From NCBI GenBank assembly GCA_013239625.1, contig MU056000.1, positions 14,223,787 through 14,287,786 on the forward strand: a stretch of 64,000 nucleotides of DNA, in the 5' to 3' direction. Every line of letters begins with the position of its first letter. The first letter of the stretch is position 1. This document shows, in pieces, positions 25,191 to 37,420 of this stretch. The position numbers and the translations under genes are program-made. The notes beneath the pieces are model-generated. The model was given only the letters and a program-made list of their open reading frames with translations, was not told the DNA's origin and did not search any database. This DNA comes from Lama guanicoe. Its lineage: Eukaryota.

Positions 25191-25604
25191 TGACAGATGT
25201 CCTTAATAAAAGCAAAGCATCAAAATGGGAGTGGTGATGACCTTAGTCAACTCTAAAATATTGAGAATGTACCAGCAAAATGGCATGTCAAGGACACTTA
25301 GCTACAGCTAATTCCAGTACTTTTAAGTTAATTTATATTTATGTTAGCTGCATCATGATATATTCATTCAGTGGACAAAGCTAATACCTGTAACTCTCTC
25401 ACTTATCCCTGACATAACCTCCACTCATTTCTTCCCCCGTACTTTACCCCCTACCTCATCCATCTTTCTGGGGTCAGAACAAAGTTCACTTTTTCTGAGT
25501 AAAGTACCTTGCTCTAATAGGTTCAACTAGTCCCTACATTTTTTGAAGCCATAAAATACTTCAACATCTGTCAATATCTCATTTAACAGATTATGTTATA
25601 GTTA

Positions 25605-26020
25605 GAGGCAATATGGCATAGTTAAAAACAGAATCTGGAATCAAACAAATTTGGAAAGCTATGTAATTGTATGTGTTTAGTTACTTCTTTAGTAAAACAT
25701 CCATAATATTGCCCGTTTCTTAGGCTTCAAAGGAGGATGAAATATGTTAAAATGTATAAATGCAGCTTGGTGTAATGAAGATAACTCTACACCAAAGATG
25801 GAGATGGGAAACCTAGGACTAAATCATACCACTTGTATTAAATATAGAGTTGCTTAATCAGCATGTTTTATTTTCTGAACACCCTACCTGACTTGTAATT
25901 TGAGAAACCACCCTCATTTTACACAGAGCTTTTGCAACCTTTAAAGGGTTTTATATACACTAAAGGGTCTAGGACAGTTCTTGGCATTTAAAGGCTTTGA
26001 ATAAAGATTAGTTGAGTCTC
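25605..26020 (+). mobile_element. Two adjacent diverged MIRs
   Basis: GAGGCAATATGGCATAGTTAAAAACAGAATCTGGAATCAAAC and GCAGCTTGGTGTAATGAAG starts, each followed by MIR-like bodies. Confidence 0.6.
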
Positions 26021-26504
26021 AGCTGTAAGTGCTCACTAAGTGTCCATTAAATAAATCATATTTGATTTCTGCACTCCCTTTTGTAGCAGAAAAACACACG
26101 TTACCAATAAATTATTTAATAAAATCTTTTTATTAAAAAAGAAAATACAGCTTTCATGCAATGTCCTTGGGACAGCACTCATTCTTTTCAACCTTTCATA
26201 GCTATATGAGAACCTTTCTGGTGCTATCTAATGGAAATTGACATTTCGATGACCCTAAAGTATTTTAAGATTCTTAACTATCAAAGAAATATTATATTGC
26301 ACCCAGTATACAGTATCTGCAATGCCAGAAAAGAAACAAATATTTAACATCATTCTATAACCTTGATTTATAAAAACAAGGCTTATTTAATATTCAAGTA
26401 ATCAGAACTTCTGGTTGACTAAACTACTGATCTTTTCAGAATTGTATTTAATTTGCTGATGTACTTTTATGACCAGACCAGAGAGAACAGTGGTATATGC
26501 TCTT

Positions 26505-26580
26505 TCTTTTAAAAATTAAAGTACAGTTGATTTATAATATTGTATTAGTTTCAAGTGTACAGTCAAGTAACTCAGTTCAC
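26505..26580 (-). mobile_element. Short L1 3' tail
   Basis: TTAAAGTACAGTTGATTTATAATATTGTATTAGTTTCAAGTGTACAG is an antisense L1 end. Confidence 0.8.
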
Positions 26581-26689
26581 TAATTTACCATATTAATCTT
26601 TGCTCTAAGGACATCTTTTGAGACACTTTGAAAACGAATGCATATATCTTGTCTTTTAAATTTTAATATATTAGATTTTTATGCAATTA

Positions 26690-27150
26690 AAATTACTTAT
26701 TGAACATTTTCAATAAAATACCAGCATTGTATTGCAAAGCATCTGTGTAATAAACTTTACTGCATCTTTTTCCCTGTCACTGAAATTTGATGTTGTCTTC
26801 AATTTGGAGTATTATAGGTAATGCTTCCACGAATGCTTCTGTTTATAAACCCATTTCTGGATCTCTGACTGTTCTACTTGAATAGACTCCTTGAAGCAGA
26901 ACTACTAAGTAAAATTAATGAACATTTCTTAGCATGCATGATTATGTTATTGCTCCTTAATACCATTAGAGAAGAGTAAAAGATTAATTGGTTCCTCACT
27001 ACTTCTGAGCAAGAATATTTCTTTTCCAATGTGTTTATTCAATGGCTGAAAGTGATCTCATTGTTTTAATTTCTGTTCATGTGATTACTAGAATTTTTAT
27101 TGACTGTTTCCTTGTTTTCTTCTCATAATTTTCCATCCATATCCATTCCC
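26690..27150 (-). mobile_element. Old L1 (L1ME-like) 3' fragment
   Basis: Diverged antisense L1 3' motifs (GATCTCATTGTTTTAATTTCTGTTCATGTGATTACTAG). Confidence 0.55.
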
Positions 27151-27666
27151 CAGCACGTTATTGTGAACTGAAAATATAATGGACTTAAATTGTGTTAATG
27201 ATCAGAAGACATTCAGAAAATTGAGTTAACATAAGTTCCTATGCTTCTTTCTCACCTCTAGCCAAAAAAAAAATGTGTTTGTACCTACACGTGCTTGTAA
27301 ATTTATGTATATTTAATACTTTAAATATTCTTATAGATAACCATTATATATGTATACATACATACATTTCTACATACAGATATATGTATATACATATATA
27401 AGCATACATGTGTGCATGAATTGATTTATTCAGAAAATACATATACAGTATCATATAGAAAGTTCCAATGACATATATGAAAAAAGGTAAGACACATTGT
27501 CTGGTTTTAAGCTAAAAATACTAGAAAGAAACCACTAAAATGCAAAGCAATACTATAAATTCTATAAGCTATATATGGGCAGTGTTTTTCATATATTAAA
27601 AATTTGATAAATTACTTTCAACAGCACCTTGTTTAAAATTAGGTGGGAAAATGGAGTCGATAAAGT

Positions 27667-27691
27667 ACACACACACACACACACACACACA
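27667..27691. repeat. (CA)n microsatellite
   Basis: Directly visible. Confidence 0.95.
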
Positions 27692-27745
27692 ATTTTCCAA
27701 ACAAAATTCGAGCATTAGCTTCGACTTTTTTTCTTGTCCTCACCC

Positions 27746-27906
27746 CCAGGACCAGTACAATTTGATGAAGAGTGAAAATGAAAATATGAGGATTCATCAG
27801 ACCATGAAGATTTTCAAGGTGGTCACGACAAGCATTAATGTAACATGGAGCCTTTCCGTTGTGGGACTTCTGCAGCTGTAGAGGCTGCCCGCTTATGAAG
27901 CTGCCT
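27746..27906 (-). mobile_element. MER91-like (hAT-Tip100) element
   Basis: AAGATTTTCAAGGTGGTCACGACAAGCATTAA...TTATGAAGCTGCC resembles the MER91A reverse complement. Confidence 0.65.
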
Positions 27907-30389
27907 CACCCATCACTGCCATGAACCCAGTAAGTCAGGGCCAACTCATCTTGCTTCATTAATAATACTCACATCATCCATCGAGCTCTATCTCAATTTC
28001 TTTCTCTTCATATAGTCTACCATATTCCACCATCATCTCTTGCCTAAACTTTTGCAAATTAGGCAGATAGGATGATTGTTCATTAACAGGAATGCTTAAA
28101 TTTCACACCATTGTGAGAGCTTTGCACTTTAAGTGTAGGAACAGAGAGATCAGAACAGGACCCCAATGTAAGGAAGGAGTTGGTCTGGTGGGGACACTTG
28201 CCCACACCTTCTAAGACTTAATAGATACCTGAAATATACTGATTGAATAAGTGATGGTTGATTATCACTCTGAGTGCTGTATTGCAGGATGATGAAGCTG
28301 TGGTCAATTTATAGCTTTAGTCCAGAAATATATAATGATTACCTTTAACTCAGTATAAGAATAGAAAAGAGAAAGGTAAATGTATTATATAGTTATTTAG
28401 AGAAATAATTAACCATAATATAATGCAGCTAGGAATGAATCAACTTTCAAACTTAGTCCTGGAAAAAAAAGCACTGTCATTAGTAGGAAAAAAAAATAGT
28501 AATATCTGGTTGGGAAATATAATAGATTGGAGTGCACTGACTGGGGTGTTAGCCAGACACCATGAGGAATCATACAAAGTCACTTGACAACAGGAAATTG
28601 CAGGTTGGAAAATAGATTCAAGGGGGAGACATTATTTTGCGAGTCATCTGCAGAGAATAACACTAATGGCCAAAGCTGTTACAGCCCCTTAAGGACAAGA
28701 GAAAAGTTTCTTCAGTGATCATTGATGAAGACATAGTAGGTGGTGAGAGAGGGAAGGAGAGAGGAAGGAAGGGATGGGAGAGGAGAGGAGAGAAAAGAAG
28801 TCAGAGAAGATTATAAGAAAACTCTACTCATCTTGAACTGATAGATTTAAAAATATCATTTTTTAAAACAACAACCAAATCTTATATCTAAAGGGACCAG
28901 AACAAACAAAACCCAAAATTAGTTTATTTGTGTCTTTTTTTAGATCAACTATACTCCAATTTAAAAAAAAAAGCAAATTTAGTCACAAGAAAGAAGTTAT
29001 AAAGTTCAAAGCAGAAGTAAATTTAATTTTATATTGCTAATTGGTAAACAAAATTTTCTTGTGTAGAAAAGCTGGCAATGTAAAAGTTGGAAACTCAATG
29101 ATAGTGTGGTCACTATGGAAAAATGTCTGACTGAAAATAGCTCAGATAAACTCAGCAGAGATTAGCATAGTCAATAGTATGCAAAATTGGCAAATAAAGT
29201 GTTATTCTTTTATTTTAATGCATGAGAAGCTTGTTTTTCACTTGAGAATATGAAATTAGTTGTACTTTACCACTTACTTGCTTATTGAGTTGTTTATAAA
29301 AGGATTTCCAAGTAGTACGCACGTATAGTTAATCATGAAGAAAGTCAGAGACTGTATTGAAGGCAATAAATTGAAATATGAACTCTATTATAATCTTCTG
29401 AATGCATAGGTGTATGTGTGTTTGAGTGCACAATAGTAAGATCAGCTGCTATATATTAAAGGTTATTTATATTGCTACCTTTAAAGAAAACTTCAATCAT
29501 CACAGAAAGCCTGATGATTTTTAACTCAGACAAAAATTTATAGAGGCCATCAACCCCATAAAGAACAGAACAAGCTAAAAAGAGAACAGTATCTCTGAAG
29601 TATTGTCTAGAAATGTGTGTCCAAAATAAATTTCACATTGCCAGTGTTAATTCGGGACCCTAGGAAGACTAGTTAGATCAGAAGGGGTTTCATTTACCTG
29701 TATCCCAGGACACCTTATGTTATAATTCTTTTCTGTTTTTACTGCAAGTCAGTGGTGTGTGGCATGCTGGAATCATTTCTCTGCAGGGCTCTTGGATCAT
29801 ATAAGCCCTGTGCTTTTGGTCGCCACAGGCTGTAAGAATTTTACGACAGGCTCAGGAGAGCAGTGAAAATTCAAGCTTTAAATTCATTGCTTTACTGAGC
29901 GTTTGGCCCTTAGAGTAGACACGTAAAACTCTAGGTACTGTTAGATTGTTAGCAGAATACTGCAGTCCTACTGATACACACATGTAAGCCTCATCATTGT
30001 CAGAAAGGAACTGCCACGGCCCTTCTTTGCCTAACTAAAGGTTCCCCAAGCTGCCAATACTCACATTTTACAGTTGGCAGTTTGACACATACTGTCCCTA
30101 AACATATGTTCTGCCCATCATTACTAACTAGTCACTATTGACATTGATGGTTTTCTCATCTCATTCTTCAAGCCCAAACCTCTCCTTTCTAAAGTCTCCT
30201 AAATCTTTCCTGTACAATTCTATGTTTTGAATTTTACTCTGCACATAAGAGGACTCTAATGATACAACTTTTTTATTATTAAATAAGCACTGATCCTATT
30301 TAATCAACCATTTCTGAATTTCACCTACAACTTCACTGATTATATTGCATAATAGATTTTTTTACTGTAAAATCTGTTCTTTCCAGGAG

Positions 30390-30625
30390 ACTTGAAAACA
30401 AATGCTTAGGTTTTAGATAGAGATCAACTTGGGTCAGATTCTGGCATTGCCACTTGTTTAGTGTGTTGACATTGAAAAGGACTGACTCTCAGTTTGCTTA
30501 TCTTTTGATGTTGTAGTTGTACATTTCTGGAGGAGAAGTTGTGATTACATATGCTGAAGGAGATAATTTGTATGATCCACCTGTTACAGGCTCTGGTATC
30601 ACAGTATGTACTCAGTCAATTAGTT
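30390..30625 (+). mobile_element. MIR SINE
   Basis: TTGGGTCAGATTCTGGCATTGCCACTTGTTTAGTGTGTTGACATTG...CACAGTATGTACTCAGT. Confidence 0.75.
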
Positions 30626-30668
30626 ATAAAAATAGACATAACCTCTCAGTTACTATTATGATTTTACC

Positions 30669-30672
<4 letters not shown>

Positions 30673-30741
<69 letters not shown>

Positions 30742-30786
30742 ACATACACACACACAAGATCATACACACACACACACACACACACA
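30673..30786. repeat. Compound microsatellite (TC)14(TA)10(CA)10 plus interrupted CA
   Basis: Counted directly at 30673-30740, with further CA runs to 30786. Confidence 0.97.
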
Positions 30787-31923
30787 AAACACACCATCTT
30801 CCTAAATGTTACTGAGTTCAAAGTGATTGTAATAAAGAAGATAAATTACAAAAGGAAAACAGGGTATGATGTGGGAAGATAGTAACATGGTTCACTTGTT
30901 GACATCTTGTGCTACTGAGATTACCTACATGTCTAAAAAGGGAAATGCAGGACTAAAGAAGGGATCTGTGGCCATCCACAATCTGTTCAGGAAAGATACA
31001 GATTTTCTCTATTTCAGAGTTCCAGAGGACAAAAATCAGTGCCCAGAGATAAAGGGGATTGGTTTGCCAATCACAGAACCTGTAGAGCACAACAGTGAAT
31101 GTGTGAAACAGAGAAAAATCCAGAAAAGGAACACAAGTAAAAAGAAGCTATTCACTTGTTGAGTATGTTTCCTGCAAAATCATCACTATTTACACTGAAA
31201 GTCATTATGGTAAACTTGCGCAATCATTTTAGGACATTATCGGTGTTGCTTCTTCCTAATTTTGACTGATTTTGATATATTAGGATGTGGAAAGAAAGAT
31301 GAATGTGTACTAATGCCACTGGAAAAGATTCAAACAATTTGTTGATATTTAAGAAGTGAAAAAGTTACTTCCAGAATACAAAAGTCATGTAAACCTGCAA
31401 ACTTTTATGAAAATTACAATCTATATAAGTATCAGTATGTGGCCTTGTGTGTCTCTACCTGGGAGTATACTGGAGGGTTGTAGGTGGAAGATGGAAGTAA
31501 GAATTTTCTATTACAGCTTTAATCTGCTGGAGAAATATCACACTGCTTTATAAGTTGTTCCGTCTTTAAATTTACAACACAGACCTCAAGTGTACAAATG
31601 GCTTTTCCTAGTAATTGTACTGTATTTCCAAACTGCTTTTTTTTTAATTTTCTAAGATGACCATTTCTAAGCATCTCGCCTCTTTATTCTACATCTTTTT
31701 TTTTCTGTTCTGTCAATGAGTGACCTGCAATCAATTCCATTTAAAAAATAGAAATAAAAAATAACTATTTTCTTGTCAGAAAATCTAGCAAGCTATTTGC
31801 ATCTAGTATATTATATTCTTAATCTCTCCTCATATCACAGTGATAGGTAAACTCTTATCTAAGGTCAATCACTTTACTTTTGCTCTTGATCCAATATGCT
31901 AGATATTATCCTTGATTTCACAC

Positions 31924-31969
31924 CTTTTTTTATTGAAGTATAGTTGATTTACAATGTTGAATTAGTGAG

Positions 31970-32000
<31 letters not shown>

Positions 32001-32072
32001 TCTTTTTCATTATAGGTTATTACAAGATATTGATATAGTTCCCTGTGCTATACAGTAGGACCTTGTTGTTTA
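31924..32072 (-). mobile_element. Short artiodactyl-type L1 3' end with TSD, inserted in an L2 remnant (about 31680-32320)
   Basis: TTTTTTATTGAAGTATAGTTGATTTACAATGTTG...CCCTGTGCTATACAGTAGGACCTTGTTG; 13-bp direct repeat CTTGATTTCACAC at 31911-31923 and 32073-32085, the right copy followed by TTTTAA. Confidence 0.92.
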
Positions 32073-32559
32073 CTTGATTTCACACTTTTAATCTTCTAGT
32101 TCATCAACAAGTCCACAAAGTGTTCTGAATCTGGCTGGATAGCTTTTTACTACTTCACTAGTCCAAGCCACCATCCTCTCTCACCGGGACTCCAGCAACA
32201 GACTCCTAAGGTATCTGCTGTTTCTCACAAAGAAAACAGAGGGACTATTACATCAGAATCAAATCCTCATATTTTGGCAGTTGGACATGTCCCTGACTCA
32301 TCTTCTTGTTTTCTTTACATACATGAAAACTAAAGGAAGGCTTAAATATCCATCTTTTTCCACTTACATAATTACTTTAGTCAGCCCTCCCTCTAAAGGG
32401 AGAGGTAGATTGGAAAGAATAACTTAGTTGTATAGTAACCTAATGTTTTATATACACGGTTCAACTTTATTTTTTATAAATATGAAAAGACTATTGAGAA
32501 TCAGGAAGCATTTGAGAGAAAATAAAATCATAAATAATAAAATCTAAGATGGAGCGAGT

Positions 32560-32900
32560 AATAACCTTGAAAATAAACAGATAATCTTTGGGATAAAATA
32601 CACTTAAACATTAAAAAAATAAAGATGGGCTGGATAATAGAATGGCCATACTAAAGAACAAACTGATCATCTGGAAGAAAAAGCCTGAGAAATTTATCAT
32701 GCTGAAAAAGTGACTACAAAAACATAGACCACATCAGTATAAAAATAAACAGGTGGTATATCAAATTCCACTGTCTAGGAGTTTCAAAAAAATAAAACAA
32801 AACAAAAACAAAAGAAAAATAAATTTGAAGGGTAAATAAAATAAATAAATTTTCCGTGTGATTCAGGAAAAATACAAATCTTTAAGTTGAAGTCATCTGC
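32560..32900 (+). mobile_element. Old L1 ORF1-like fragment
   Basis: GATGGGCTGGATAATAGAATGGCCATACTAAAGAACAAACTGATCATCTGGAAGA resembles the ORF1 coiled-coil region. Confidence 0.55.
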
Positions 32901-32964
32901 TTAATTCTGAAATGAAATCTGAAATGAAATTGTGAAATAAATTCTGAAATGAAGTCAGAAAAAA

Positions 32965-33541
32965 TACATTAAGAAAACAATCCTATTTACAATTGACTGA
33001 AATAGAATAAATGCCTTGGAATAAACCTAACTAAGGAGGTAAAAGATCATAAAATAGTAAGATACTGATGAAAGAAATTGAAGACCACACAAACAGATAG
33101 AAAGATATACCATGCTCACAGATTAGAAGAATTAATACTGTTAAAATGACCATGTTACTGAGGGCAATCTACAGATTCAATGTTATCCCTATCAAAATAC
33201 TAATGCCATTTTTCACAGAACTAGAACAAATAGTTTTAAGATATACAGAGAAACACAAAAGACCCTGAACAGCCAAAACAACTTGAGGAAGAAGAATAGA
33301 GCTGGAGGTATTATGTTTACTGATTTCAAACCATACTACAGAGCTCTAATAATTAAAACAGCATGGCACTGGCACAAAAACAAACACATAGATCAATGGA
33401 AAAGAATAGCGATTTCAGAAATAAACCAACACTTATATGGTTGGTTAGTCTGCATCAAAAGAGGCAAGAATATGCAATGAAGAAAAGACAGCTTCTTCAA
33501 TAAATGGTGTTGGAAAAATTGATCAGCTACATGCAAAAGAT
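32965..33541 (+). mobile_element. L1 ORF2 internal fragment
   Basis: GGAATAAACCTAACTAAGGAGGTAAAAGA ... CTACATGCAAAAGA; frame 33283-33480 gives KNRAGGI...DFKPYYRA..IKTAWHWHKNKHIDQW, typical of ORF2. Confidence 0.93.
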
Positions 33542-34484
33542 GCTATATTCATGGTAAATCTGTTGTATTCATGAATAATTTCATGGGCACCGCATCTTTC
33601 TAATACAGATATAAAAATATCATTAAACACTTTCTTTTCAAAATTGTAATGAAAATTTGTAACTTGAAGTTAACTTAGAAAAAAGTCATGCTGCATTTAT
33701 AAGAAAAATTATAAATTGTTTGAAAAGGCTTAAAAGATGCACTTTTTGATAAAAATTTAAAAAGTAAATTCCTAGGTAAATACTTTAAGAACGTCACACA
33801 ACCCACACACACACACAAAAAAATGAATGAAATTTTTTTTAACTCAGCAGATGATATCAATTTCATTTCAAAATTGATTCACTGGATGTGTGAAGATAAT
33901 TTTGAAAAAGAGATGTATTGAATTGAACTAAAAACATCAAGTACATTTTGAAACTAAAATTTGAAATATAGTTTAAACATAAGTAAATCATTCAATGCAA
34001 TCAAAAACAATTCAGAAATAGATACAAGATTTAAAATTTAATATACAGCAAGTGCCATTGAAAATTAGAAAACGGAAGTGTTATTCAGTTAACTATATAG
34101 GATCAATTTGAAAACCGTTTGGAACAAAAATTAAATCCTGATTCTAATCTGACAAATAATAACTACAGTTACTAGGAGTAAATACTTAAAAATTAGGGTG
34201 TTGATTTAGACATTTTTCCCTGAAAACACAGTACTGATCTGATCTATGCATGATAAATTTGTTGAATAAATAAATTGTTTCACAAAAATGAGCATATTAA
34301 AATGATGAGAAAAATATAGCTAAATATCCATAAAATCCTTGAATGTGGAAGGATTCCACATGACTCAAGATAGAGAAACAATAAAATAAATGTACATGAA
34401 AGAAAATACCAGAGTGAATAAATTAGAACAAGCAAGACAAGTGGAAATAGTGGTGTGGGTGTGGGTGTATAGATGATCTGTCTA

Positions 34485-34813
34485 TAAACCAAAACTTACA
34501 GGACAAATTAGGCCTTCCATCTATTTTTTGTAATGTATATGGCCTAAGAATATTTTTTTTAAATTTTTTTAATGGTTAAGAAAAATACAAGGAGGAATAT
34601 TTAGTGAAATGTGATTATATGAAATTCAAATTTCAATGTCCATAAATAAAGATTTATTGGAATACAGTCATGCCCATTTGGTGATAGTCTTTGGCTGTTT
34701 TTATGCTCCAGCAGAACAGAGTAGTTTTGACAGAGAGCATATGGCCCACAAAGCTGGAAACATTTACTATCTGGTCCTTTACAAGGAAAAAAAAAAAGAT
34801 TGGCTGATCCCTG
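34485..34813 (+). mobile_element. MER58B-like (hAT-Charlie)
   Basis: AAATAAAGATTTATTGGAATACAGTCATGCCCATT...ATGGCCCACAAAGCTGGAAACATTTACTATCTGGTCCTTTACA...GCTGATCCCTG. Confidence 0.9.
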
Positions 34814-36639
34814 CATAGACATATCTTTTGTGAGTTTTGTAATTCATACCACATCCCATCAATGTGGATAGACAAAACTTGACTAAGTTTCATATATAAA
34901 TATTCTAAACTCTATAGGAATTCTGGATATCCATCTTTTGTGTGTGTGATGACAATGCCAGTTTGCTTTGGGGACTGTGCAGTATACAAGTATAATTATA
35001 ACTGAGTATTAGGAAAAAATATACATGGGGAAAATAAGTGTATATGCATTTGAGATATATAATTACACATGTTTGCTATTTTTTGGGTTGCACTGAATTT
35101 CTGAGAACAAGCTTTATCTTCTATTTTAATTAAACTAAACACTTAATTACATTTCTAGTATTTTGTCAGCAGAAATGAATCTACAAATGTAGACTGAAAA
35201 ATTATGAGAGCTGGTCTTTAATGTCCCATCACAAACAGAGCATGTTATGGGCAATCTGTTCTTTGAGGATACATAACATCCATGCTTCCCATGAATGTTA
35301 ATTCCTCGAAAGCATTCAACTACAGTACAGAACTTTTTTTCACTTTCAGCTAATATCTATCAACTAAAGTCCAAAATCTTGAGAGTATATCATATTTATG
35401 ATAAAAACCTGACCCTCAGGGTTTTAATTTCCAGCACAAGAGAATTCAGTAAGTGATTGGATAGTACGGACTAAATACAAAGTTTGCTGCCAAGCAAAGA
35501 GTGCTCTACTCAAATTCATATCAATAAAATTTTTAAGTGTTTGTATAATTTTATTTTATTTTCAGTAGTCAATATGTCTAGAGCAATTTACTAGGTGCTA
35601 TGGAGAAAAAATAGTATCTGCCACAAAGTACTTATAATAATAATTAGATGAAGACTTGCAAATGTGAAAATGGAAATAAGAAAAACCTCATATGCAATGA
35701 GAAATGTTAGTGTAGAGAGGTGTATGTCATAGAACGGTTTTCTCCCGGCACCTCTCCTGGAGGATTACACACGTCAGTATAGCACGTGGACTCCAAAATC
35801 TTTTCTTAGGTTTGTGTACTCAGAAATCAGATTCTGTCGTCAACTAAGAACAAGTCAGTTTCTCAGGACCAAACTGCCATGAACCAAGCTCACAAGACCG
35901 ATGTATGAAACCAGAATGGTGATGGGTTCATCTCTACAGAGAACTATGACTGCTTAAGAAGGACAAAATAGCAAGTTCTCACACGAGTGTATTCTCCCCT
36001 GATGAATATTGAAAAAGTCAGATATTAATGTCAAGGTAGCTTTGCGAGAACAGAAGGAGAGCAAAGGAAGTAATAATATCGTTGAAATACTGAATGGCAT
36101 TGAACTAGATAACCTAATTCATCTTCCTTCAAAATATGGTAACACCTGGCCAGGGCAACCCATTTATGAATGGATAATACTAGTATTTGGTCCTTATTCT
36201 TTGTTTCCGAGGCGGGTAATAGCCCAATCTCAAATATACATTATTTCAAAAATTTAATACATTTAACATGGTTACATTTATATTTTGCTGAACTGAAAGC
36301 TGTTCTATTTATCTTCTCCTTGGGTGATGTGTCAACAGAATTCTCAGGTACTTACATAAGTAAATGATGGGACAGTTTGTATCCCCCATATAACCACATG
36401 TGTTGGAAAATTGTGTATACATTTACATATTTTAACTTTCTACCATTTCTTTAGATTATTCTTATTTGGCTTTTGCTACCTTTATCCCACCCATGAATCT
36501 CTTATAAATCTTTGTATACAATTCATTGTGATGAACACATTTTAATCATTATTATTTAAATTTTCAGTAGTACTGATCATGTCAAAAAAAAAAAAAGAAG
36601 TCCTCATCTTAAGCAAAAATACAAACAACATATTTTCCC

Positions 36640-37420
36640 TTAAGTTTTGAGACAAAGTCCATTTTCAGTTTTCACTCCCATCTCTCTAGTTGCTCCTTTT
36701 CAAACTCCTTTGCAGTGTGCCCTTCCCTATGTTTAAATGTTGGAATTCATGACTGTCTCTTTTCATTACTTAGTACTCAAACACATGCAGTATTGTCAGA
36801 GACCAAACTTCACATAGTTTTATGCCAATGACTCTCCCATGTGTAACCCTAGCCAATGCTTTTGTTCCGAATTGTATATCCAACTGCCTACTTCAATATC
36901 TCCTTGGATGCTCCTACAGTAATAAAAATATAGTATTTCAGAAGTAGAATAATGATCTCCTTATCCCCTAAATCTGAATTTCACCCTATATTATCCTATT
37001 TCAGTGAATGGTATAATTACTGATCTGGTCATAGTTATTGATCTGATTCAAGGATCCAGGGATCAACTTTTTATTTCTACTCCATCTCAACCCCCACAAC
37101 ACTTATTGTATCATTATACACTATCATTTGGCCTTACAAATAGCATTCCATTCCATTTATTGCCTTCAATCTCTACAGACACCTTTCTTGCCCAGTTTAT
37201 CATCATCTTTCCTCTAAATTACAGAAATAATTTCTTAATTGGCTTCTGCATATAAACTGTTATCCCCATTCAAACCATTCTGCTCACTCTATCAGAATTA
37301 CTTCTAAATAAAAGCCTGATGCTTATTGATCACCTCATTAACATCCTTCGACTGATTTAACTATTTTTAGAGTGAAGAGGGAGGTTCTTACTTTGACATT
37401 TAAGACCCAGTATCATTATT
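36640..37420 (+). mobile_element. L2 LINE remnant
   Basis: GTATATCCAACTGCCTACTTCAATATCTCCTTGGATG and other L2 blocks. Confidence 0.8.

Noticed and set aside
30517..31162. ORFs of 121, 65 and 98 aa
   Set aside because: They run through a microsatellite and MIR-like sequence, with no recognisable domain.
32905..32955. Roughly 12-bp tandem TCTGAAATGAAA repeats as an array
   Set aside because: Short slippage repeat between L1 fragments with no spacers; not CRISPR-like, and the DNA is mammalian.
35909..35971. EF-hand-like peptide NQNGDGFISTENY
   Set aside because: Flanked by in-frame stops, lacks the position-1 Asp and position-12 Glu, and I saw no extended similarity, poly-A or TSD; probably chance.
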